Part shown: positions 26,319 to 32,000 of the stretch, piece after piece
Layout: every line of letters starts with the position of its first letter
Numbering within the stretch: position 1 is the first letter of the stretch
DNA from: Acinetobacter wanghuae
GTDB taxonomy: Bacteria; Pseudomonadota; Gammaproteobacteria; Pseudomonadales; Moraxellaceae
Reading direction: 5' to 3'
Assembly: GCF_009557235.1 (NCBI RefSeq)
Contig: NZ_CP045650.1
Location: forward strand, 810,001 to 842,000
Length of the DNA: 32,000 nucleotides
The notes under the pieces: generated by a model
What the model was told of the DNA's origin: nothing
The model's database searches: none
What the model saw: only the letters and a program-made list of their open reading frames with translations
Translations under genes and position numbers: made by a program

Positions 26319-27227
26319 ATGCGTTGGAAAGGTCGTCGAGTAAGTTCGAATGTAGAAGATCGTCGCGGTGGTGGCGGTGCAAAAGCAGGTGGGATTAGTA
26401 TTGTGGGGCTAATTGTGGCTTTTGTGGCATGGAAGTTTTTAGGTGTAGATCCACAACAAGCCTATCAAACCACCAAGCAAGTCACCTCAGGACTATCGAG
26501 TTCAACAGAAACGCGTGGTTTAGATAATCCAACGCCTGAGCAGCAAGAATCGATTGATTTTGTGGGGACTGTTTTGGCTGATACTGAAGATACATGGAAT
26601 CAAGTCTTCCAATCGCAGTTGAATCAACAATATGTCGCGCCTAAATTAGTCCTTTTTAATGGTTCTGTGAATTCAGCTTGTGGTGCTGCAGAGTCTGCGA
26701 TGGGACCGTTTTACTGTCCGGGCGATCAAAAAGTTTATATTGATACTGCGTTCTTTAAAGATATGCGTAATCAGATGGGGATTACAGGTGAGCAAAATGC
26801 TACAGAGTTATCCCGTGATGATCAGGCGGGCGATTTTGCACTCGCATACGTCGTTGCCCATGAAGTTGGGCATCATATTCAGACTTTACTTGGCATATCG
26901 TCACAAGTTCAGCAGGCACGTCAGCAAGCCAATAAAGTACAAGGCAATCAATTGTCAGTGCGTCAGGAATTACAAGCTGACTGCTTCGCAGGCGTGTGGG
27001 CGTATCATAACCATGAACGTACTCAATTTTTAGAACAAGGCGATGTGCAAGAAGCCATGGATGCTGCACATAAAATTGGTGATGACTACTTACAAAAACG
27101 TGCAACGGGGCATGTTGTGCCAGACAGTTTTACCCATGGGACCAGTGCACAACGCGTACAGTGGTTTAATACGGGTTTAAAATCGGGTCAAATGTCGGCG
27201 TGTGATACGTTTAAACAAGGCGTTTAA
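26319..27227 (+). CDS. ypfJ: YpfJ-family putative neutral zinc metallopeptidase
   Basis: 302 aa. N-terminal RSSNVEDRRGGGG plus one TM segment (ISIVGLIVAFVAWKF). HExxH motif in VVAHEVGHHIQ. Confidence 0.8.
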   Translation: MRWKGRRVSSNVEDRRGGGGAKAGGISIVGLIVAFVAWKFLGVDPQQAYQTTKQVTSGLSSSTETRGLDNPTPEQQESIDFVGTVLADTEDTWNQVFQSQLNQQYVAPKLVLFNGSVNSACGAAESAMGPFYCPGDQKVYIDTAFFKDMRNQMGITGEQNATELSRDDQAGDFALAYVVAHEVGHHIQTLLGISSQVQQARQQANKVQGNQLSVRQELQADCFAGVWAYHNHERTQFLEQGDVQEAMDAAHKIGDDYLQKRATGHVVPDSFTHGTSAQRVQWFNTGLKSGQMSACDTFKQGV

Positions 27228-27249
27228 TCACACTTCATATGATCGTAAT

Positions 27250-27277
27250 AAAAGAGGAGCGTAAAGCTCCTTTTTTA
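27250..27277. terminator. Bidirectional terminator between ypfJ and the 184-aa membrane-protein gene
   Basis: aaaagAGGAGCgtaaaGCTCCTttttt. The minus-strand stop codon (27275-27277) overlaps the T-run. Confidence 0.8.
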
Positions 27278-27829
27278 TTTACCGATAAAACGTCTAAAGT
27301 TCTTCAAAATTTTAAAACTAATAAAGAGTGCTGCCAGTGCAAATAAACCAACGCCAAACACCACATATTTTAAGTTGTGAATATCATTTTGGTAGAACTG
27401 CTGAATCTCTTTTTCTGAAAAAGTGAAATCTGACGTTTGGCCTGTACGCGTATCTACATAATTGACATGCTGAATATAGCTCGACTGACCGATCTTGATT
27501 AAATCAACAGTGTTAATTTGGCGGCTATGCGTTTGATTGTCATCATTAGAGCAGAGTTTGGTGTAGTGCTCACAACTTGATTTGGCAATATATCCATTCC
27601 CTGCAATTAATACGAAAAGTGCATTGTCTGGCTTTTGGTTATTGGAAACCAATACAAACTGTTCTTTGGCAGAACTTGTTAGAGATAATGTTTGAGCCTG
27701 TTGATATTTTTCATCTGCATGAATGATGTCATTGATCTTAGTCACACACGTCATCAGTAGTGATAGCGTAATCATAAAAATAACAGCAGCGAAAAATAGT
27801 CGGTAAATCAGTTTTACAGTTTGATGCAT
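27275..27829 (-). CDS. Hypothetical membrane protein with TM segments at both termini flanking a soluble domain of about 120 aa
   Basis: 184 aa. N-terminal TM LFFAAVIFMITLSLLMTCV and C-terminal TM YVVFGVGLFALAALFISF followed by a basic tail KILKNFRRFIGK. Central domain has a Cys pair (SSCEHYTKLC). No family recognised. Confidence 0.5.
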   Translation of the reverse strand: MHQTVKLIYRLFFAAVIFMITLSLLMTCVTKINDIIHADEKYQQAQTLSLTSSAKEQFVLVSNNQKPDNALFVLIAGNGYIAKSSCEHYTKLCSNDDNQTHSRQINTVDLIKIGQSSYIQHVNYVDTRTGQTSDFTFSEKEIQQFYQNDIHNLKYVVFGVGLFALAALFISFKILKNFRRFIGK

Positions 27830-28041
27830 GGGAGAGTCTTTTTAAAAGTCAAAGTCGATTGCAACGTCAATCAGAATTCGTATGTTAAAGCAACAAATAG
27901 GAAAACTGAAAACAAACTTAACTCAATATGATAAAAAATGAGGGTAAAATTATTTTTTCAAATATTTGGATACATTCTATTCCGATATTTAAATTGTCTA
28001 GCAGAATATCCAATCCCCAAACCGCACTATAAGGAAACCCG

Positions 28042-29541
28042 ATGGGAAGTTTCTTTTTCTTACAAGTTTTGTCAGTCGTATTTGCACTTTCTATTGCAAC
28101 CACGATGTTCAATAAGCGTGTCCTTGGTTTTCCGCAAGCAATTGGTGTTCCTATTGTATCTGCAATTTTTGTATTTATATTGCAATGGGGTGCGAGTTTA
28201 TTACACGGTAATCCTTTCTTTAATATCAATATTGTTAATATTGAAAAAGCTGTCAGAACCATTGATTTCTATGACTTTTTAATCAATGGTGTGATTTGCT
28301 TTATCTTAACCTCCTCGGCTTTAAAATTTAAAGTTTCTGATTTACGCAACCATTGGAGACCCATTGGTATTTTAGCCAGCGTGGCTTTGGTGTTCTGTGC
28401 AGTCTTCTTTGGTTTAGTGCTGTATGGCTATCAATTCTTAATTGGTAAGCATGTCGATCTTTTGGTCTTGTTACTGCTCGGTGCTGCGTTAGGTGCAACG
28501 GATCCGATCGGGATTAAAGGCGTACTCAGTTCCGTGCGTGCACCGCATCATTTAATCGTTAAGCTTGAAGGTGAATCACTCTTTAACGATGCCATGTGTA
28601 TTGCATTGTTCATGACCTTGTTTAATGTCTTGCAAGGCGAGAATTTTACCGTCATCGGTGTGTTGCAAACCTTACTTTATGAAATTGTCGTTGCAGTCTT
28701 GATTGGTTTGGTATTCGGTTTTGCCATTCTAAGAATTTTACGTGGCAAACATGAAATGGAATCGTTGATTCTCACTACCGCTTTATTGGCCTGTGGTTCT
28801 TATTTAGTCGCGTTACTTGCTCATGCCTCTGCACCAATTGCATGTGTGATTGGCGGTTTGATTGTCGGTAATAAGTGGAAAGAAATTCTTGCTCGTTCTG
28901 ACATTGAAGACGTGAATCATTTTTGGCATACCGTCGAAGGTATTATCAATTCATTCCTGTTTACCCTCATTGGGCTTGAACTGTTTATTTTAGATTTAAG
29001 CACCAGCTTGGTTCTAGGCGGTATTGTTGCCTTTATCATTTTGCATGCTGCTCGATTCGCTGCCAATCATTTGTCTTTCGCACTGTTCCCAAGTATGCGC
29101 AAGAAAAGCTATAACGGCAGTTTGACCATTCTGTCATGGGGTGGGGTACGGGGTGGTATTTCATTGGCACTCATTTTAGCAGTCGCCAATATTCCTGAAC
29201 TTGAGGAATACAGCAGTATCTTGGTGGGTTATACCTTTATTGTGGTACTTCTGTCAGGTTTGGTCTGTGGTCTTGGTTTGCCTGCCGTGATGAATGCTTT
29301 TTATTACAATCCGAATGAAGAGAAAGAGGGCTTCAAAGGCTGGTATCAACGCATGTGCCACAAAATGAATCGTAAAAAATTCCAATATCTTGTCGGTGAA
29401 GATCGTCATGGAAATGAAATTATTACCGTCTATAAATCTGAAAATCTGATTGATGAAAAAGCCGAAGATGGTGTAGCTTCTTTGCATAATCCGGAAAAAG
29501 TACAAGAAGTGAAACGTTTAGAAAATCCAAATAATTTCTAA
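28042..29541 (+). CDS. CPA1-family Na+/H+ (cation:proton) antiporter, NhaP-type
   Basis: 499 aa. Polytopic. ATDPIG and the GESLFNDA signature of Na+/H+ exchangers, plus a hydrophilic C-terminal tail. The start codon is not certain. Confidence 0.85.
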   Translation: MGSFFFLQVLSVVFALSIATTMFNKRVLGFPQAIGVPIVSAIFVFILQWGASLLHGNPFFNINIVNIEKAVRTIDFYDFLINGVICFILTSSALKFKVSDLRNHWRPIGILASVALVFCAVFFGLVLYGYQFLIGKHVDLLVLLLLGAALGATDPIGIKGVLSSVRAPHHLIVKLEGESLFNDAMCIALFMTLFNVLQGENFTVIGVLQTLLYEIVVAVLIGLVFGFAILRILRGKHEMESLILTTALLACGSYLVALLAHASAPIACVIGGLIVGNKWKEILARSDIEDVNHFWHTVEGIINSFLFTLIGLELFILDLSTSLVLGGIVAFIILHAARFAANHLSFALFPSMRKKSYNGSLTILSWGGVRGGISLALILAVANIPELEEYSSILVGYTFIVVLLSGLVCGLGLPAVMNAFYYNPNEEKEGFKGWYQRMCHKMNRKKFQYLVGEDRHGNEIITVYKSENLIDEKAEDGVASLHNPEKVQEVKRLENPNNF

Positions 29542-29567
29542 AGGTCACGGTTAAATTGCTTTACTTT

Positions 29568-29600
29568 AAAAGAGAATCTACGGATTCTCTTTTTTGTTTT
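29568..29600 (+). terminator. Intrinsic terminator of the antiporter gene
   Basis: aaaAGAGAATCtacgGATTCTCTtttttgtttt. It lies inside the listed ORF 29556-29852, so that ORF's first 27 codons are not coding. Confidence 0.85.
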
Positions 29601-29636
29601 ATAGTAGGCAGCGAGATGGTTCAAGGTGCACTTAAC

Positions 29637-30020
29637 ATGACTGATACTTCTGATGAACTCGCAAGATTAATTTTTGCAGTCGTGGATTGTATTCCGTATG
29701 GCAAAGTTGCTACCTATGGTGAGGTGGCAAGACTGGCAGGCTTACCTCGACATGCACGTTTGGTTGGACGTGTACTGAGTCAATTGGATGATGAGAGTGA
29801 TTTGCCTTGGCACCGCGTGATCAATGCACAAGGCCAAATTAGCTTAAAGTGATCTAATGAGTTAGGGCAAAATGTGCAATATCTACGTTTAATTGCAGAG
29901 GGCATCGCCTTTAAAGGCAATAAGATCGATTTAAATATGCATTTATGGTTAAGTCAGCATATTTATAATATCACTCCATCTCAATGCGATGATAAGCACA
30001 CGGTATTAAGATGGAAATGA
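29637..30020 (+). pseudogene. ybaZ: Alkyltransferase-like protein (ATL/YbaZ, MGMT-family DNA-binding domain without catalytic Cys) interrupted by an in-frame TGA at 29850-29852
   Basis: MTDTSDELARLIFAVVDCIPYGKVATYGEVARLAGLPRHARLVGRVLSQL...LPWHRVINAQGQISLK-TGA-SNELGQNVQYLRLIAEGIAFKGNKIDLNMHLW... PWHRV (Trp in place of the PCHR Cys) marks ATL. The same frame stays open for 56 codons after the TGA. That stretch aligns with the YbaZ C-terminus (TISLTGPDLQRQRQALLAEGVMVSGSGQIDLQRYRW). Total 127 codons against about 129 aa for YbaZ. Confidence 0.7.
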
Positions 30021-30031
30021 ACCTCAGAAAT

Positions 30032-30475
30032 TTATTTGCGTACAACCAATACTGGAATATCCGTTTCGCCTAAAATACTTTGTGCGACACTGCCTAAAAA
30101 GAATTTTTTCAATCCTGTTCGTCCATGTGAACCTATCACAATAAGGTCTGCATTTAGGTTTTTAGCAGCTTTAATAATCTCAGTGTAAATGACTTGACCT
30201 TCTAATAACTGTGTATCCACGTGTACACCTTGAGCTGAAAGTCGATCCGTTGCTTCTGCGAGTGTCTTTAGAATTGAGCTACGTGCACGCTCAATCAACT
30301 GATTGGTTTGTGCCGCAGTAATATATTCCGCTGCAATATAAGGGTCTAGAGTCAGGACTTGTACCAAGGTAATTTTGCTATTAAATGCCTTTGCAAACTC
30401 AGCAGCTTTATCAAAGGCTGCATATGCTGTTTCTGAACCATCAATCGGTACTAAAATATGTTGAAAAGCCATCAT
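30032..30475 (-). CDS. Universal stress protein (UspA family)
   Basis: 147 aa. HILVPIDGSE N-terminus and the ATP-binding-type motif GSHGRTGLKKFFLGSVAQSIL. Confidence 0.85.
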   Translation of the reverse strand: MMAFQHILVPIDGSETAYAAFDKAAEFAKAFNSKITLVQVLTLDPYIAAEYITAAQTNQLIERARSSILKTLAEATDRLSAQGVHVDTQLLEGQVIYTEIIKAAKNLNADLIVIGSHGRTGLKKFFLGSVAQSILGETDIPVLVVRK

Positions 30476-30736
30476 TTTTCTCCTTATAAACGCTCAGTTT
30501 TTGACTGTATTTATGTTCTCTAGATGATCATAGCGCGCTTTGCAGTAGAATAAAACCAAGTAAATCCCTATGAATTGTATGTATTTTAAGTTTTCGTTTT
30601 TTCAATATTTTATGGTGATTTTACTATTGCAAATAGTGCATGCCAAAATAAAAGAGCGGATATAAAAGGGGATGTGCTTTTTTTATTCTTTTACCGTTAA
30701 AAGTTAGGGGGGGATAAAATACTCGATTGAAGCATA

Positions 30737-31132
30737 TTATTCACATTGAATTTGTGACGGATCGAGTCGAATTTGAGGTGCAAGCCGTTCAAAGTTTTCA
30801 ATAATCATCGGGGTTTCTTCATCATATAAGCGCTGTTGAAGTTGCATGATCTTCTTTTGTGACACATGTTGTTGTGCACAATATAAGGCAATTTGATTTT
30901 GCTGACTCACTGCTAATCGTTTTGCTGCATCGTACTCACTAAAACGATAAAGCTGCTGTTGCGCTTTACTCAGCTGCACCAAGCTGCGCTTTTGTTGCAT
31001 GCTTAATAGCGTTTGCTGGTTGATCCATTGAGCCACATCACGCCGCACACCATTATAATTTACAAAGATAGGCGAAATGACTTGGCAAGCCGTTAAGCTG
31101 ATAATGCTACTGAGAAGTAATATATATTTCAT
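30737..31132 (-). CDS. Hypothetical Gln-rich lipoprotein
   Basis: 131 aa. Signal peptide with lipobox MKYILLLSSIISLTA-C. The mature part is Q-rich and predicted helical, with 2 further Cys. No family recognised. Confidence 0.6.
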   Translation of the reverse strand: MKYILLLSSIISLTACQVISPIFVNYNGVRRDVAQWINQQTLLSMQQKRSLVQLSKAQQQLYRFSEYDAAKRLAVSQQNQIALYCAQQHVSQKKIMQLQQRLYDEETPMIIENFERLAPQIRLDPSQIQCE

Positions 31133-31269
31133 TTTTTAAAGAGCATCCATTTTTTGCGTCATTTTGCGATTAAATATGTGAAAAACATTATAAAAATAAC
31201 ACTTTTGTATGAATTATAGCTCGCGCTATTGCATTTGCATAAAGACTGAACACTTAAGGATGAAAAGAC

Positions 31270-31298
31270 TTGACGGCATACCCTTAAATTACGATAAT
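31270..31298 (+). promoter_or_regulatory. Sigma-70 promoter of tRNA-Met
   Basis: TTGACG (31270-31275), a 17-nt spacer, then GATAAT (31293-31298), followed by a GC-rich discriminator GCGCAC. The mature tRNA 5' end is 16 nt downstream of the -10. Confidence 0.6.
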
Positions 31299-31313
31299 GC
31301 GCACACAGTTTAC

Positions 31314-31390
31314 GGCTATGTAGCTCAGTTGGTTAGAGCACCGCACTCATAATGCGGGGGTCACAAGTTCAAGTCTCGTCATAGCCACCA
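31314..31390 (+). tRNA. Elongator tRNA-Met (anticodon CAT)
   Basis: 77 nt. Acceptor stem GGCTATG/CATAGCC plus ACCA. Anticodon arm CCGCA-CTCATAA-TGCGG. Near-identical architecture to E. coli metT (GGCTACGTAGCTCAGTTGGTTAGAGCAC...). Not the initiator type (no three consecutive G-C pairs in the anticodon stem, and a normal 1-72 pair). Confidence 0.95.
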
Positions 31391-31394
31391 TTTT

Positions 31395-31429
31395 AAAAGA
31401 CCAAGCTCTCAGCTTGGTCTCTTTTTTTG
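31395..31429 (+). terminator. Intrinsic terminator of tRNA-Met
   Basis: AGACCAAGCT-ctc-AGCTTGGTCT (10-bp stem) followed by C and T7. Confidence 0.85.
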
Positions 31430-31515
31430 TCTGATGAAAAGTAAAACAATCCTTTCATTCAATTATTTTACAATTCCAATAATCTCTTTCTAAAGATAAT
31501 GCGATCTTCTAAAGC

Positions 31516-31549
31516 AAAAAAAAATCGCCTAGTTTTCACTAAGCGATTT
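31516..31549 (-). terminator. Intrinsic terminator of nadE
   Basis: + strand A9 (31516-31524) then AATCGCCTAG-(6-nt loop)-CTAAGCGATT (one mismatch). On the minus strand this is a hairpin followed by T9, about 25 nt after the nadE stop. Confidence 0.75.
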
Positions 31550-31572
31550 TGATTCATCAATAAAAAGCAGAA

Positions 31573-32000
31573 TTAGATGCCCGCTTTCCATCCATTGACA
31601 ATTGGGTAGCGACGTTCACGACTAAAAGCACGTGAACTGATGCGTGGACCAATTGCGCCTTGACGACGTTTGTATTCATTCACATCAACTAAGCGAATCA
31701 CTTTCTGTACCACTTCGGCATCAAAACCTTTGGCAATGATGTCATCTTGGCTCATGTCTTCTTCGATATATGCATACAAAATAGCATCAAGTACATCATA
31801 AGCGGGTAGTGAATCTTGGTCCTTTTGATCTGGACGAAGTTCCGCAGAAGGTGGGCGTGTAATAACACGTTCAGGAATCACTGGGGTTTCTGAAATGCTA
31901 TTACGATATTTCGCGAGTTCAAACACAATCGTTTTATAAACATCTTTCAATACAGCGAAACCACCGACCATATCACCGTAAAGGGTGCAATAACCGACAG
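31573..32000 (-). CDS. nadE: Glutamine-dependent NAD(+) synthetase, C-terminal part (gene runs off the right edge)
   Basis: The frame stays open beyond the listed Met: ...VGYCTLYGDMVGGFAVLKDVYKTIVFELAKYRN...RRYPIVNGWKAGI*. LYGDM.GG..VLKD and the C-terminal tail are characteristic of NadE. Confidence 0.9.
   Translation of the reverse strand, partial: VGYCTLYGDMVGGFAVLKDVYKTIVFELAKYRNSISETPVIPERVITRPPSAELRPDQKDQDSLPAYDVLDAILYAYIEEDMSQDDIIAKGFDAEVVQKVIRLVDVNEYKRRQGAIGPRISSRAFSRERRYPIVNGWKAGI

Noticed and set aside
27918-28282. Two 114-aa ORFs on opposite strands overlapping the antiporter 5' end
   Set aside because: They are AT-rich off-frame or antisense readings of the promoter region and first TM segments of the Na+/H+ antiporter, with no supporting signals.
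29850-29852. TGA in the ATL gene as a selenocysteine codon
   Set aside because: The aligned residue in YbaZ is Gly, not Cys. Only a trivial 4-bp CTAA/TTAG stem follows the TGA, so there is no SECIS-like hairpin, and no sel genes are in view. A nonsense mutation or sequencing error is far more likely.
30707-30713. G7 homopolymer as a phase-variation switch
   Set aside because: It lies 24 bp downstream of the lipoprotein stop and about 230 bp upstream of the usp start. It is not within a coding region or between -35 and -10 elements that I can identify.
31314-31572. tRNA-Met as an occupied integration hotspot
   Set aside because: The tRNA is followed at once by its own terminator and then the nadE terminator and gene. 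There is no integrase and no visible duplicated copy of the tRNA 3' end.
1-32000. Search for a mobile element, prophage, CRISPR array, defence island, toxin-antitoxin pair or other accessory multi-gene system
   Set aside because: No transposase, integrase or recombinase-like ORF is present. I saw no terminal inverted repeats, no regularly spaced direct repeats and no obvious compositional break. Almost every ORF is a recognisable core housekeeping or envelope gene in a conserved arrangement. The unknowns are single, scattered genes.

Overview
The window reads as a densely packed, AT-rich (about 40% G+C by eye) stretch of conserved core chromosome, most likely from an Acinetobacter species. 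The main basis is the rubA-rubB-estB-oxyR operon, organised as described for A. baylyi ADP1, with ppk next to it. I can support 31 protein-coding loci, two of them disrupted. Iron-related genes: a Fur-box-preceded orphan siderophore-binding protein, nfuA and a CirA-like TonB-dependent receptor. Envelope and lipid genes: tesA divergent from ybbA-ybbP, mtgA and two rhomboid proteases. Stress and redox genes: ppk, oxyR, rubredoxin with its reductase, a Usp protein, a beta-carbonic anhydrase and an NhaP-type antiporter. Housekeeping genes: apt, lysS, trpS and a partial nadE. There is also one elongator tRNA-Met with a textbook promoter and terminator, plus many intrinsic terminators. I see no transposase, integrase, IS ends, CRISPR array, prophage or recognisable defence or toxin cassette. 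I also see no multi-gene block of unknown function, so I cannot honestly claim a new multi-gene system here. The items most worth a second look are: (1) an alkyltransferase-like (ATL/YbaZ) gene cut by an in-frame TGA, with the downstream half still open and homologous; (2) a gene split by a 1-nt shift in a T7 run, downstream of a secreted alpha/beta hydrolase; (3) a NarL/FixJ-like regulator between ppk and oxyR whose receiver domain has lost every phospho-acceptor residue; (4) an orphan minus-strand terminator in the 365-bp lysS/trpS spacer, suggesting an sRNA gene; (5) terminator-like hairpins inside the rubA-rubB-estB-oxyR operon; (6) the rubredoxin gene itself, which the ORF track misses because it is only 54 codons.
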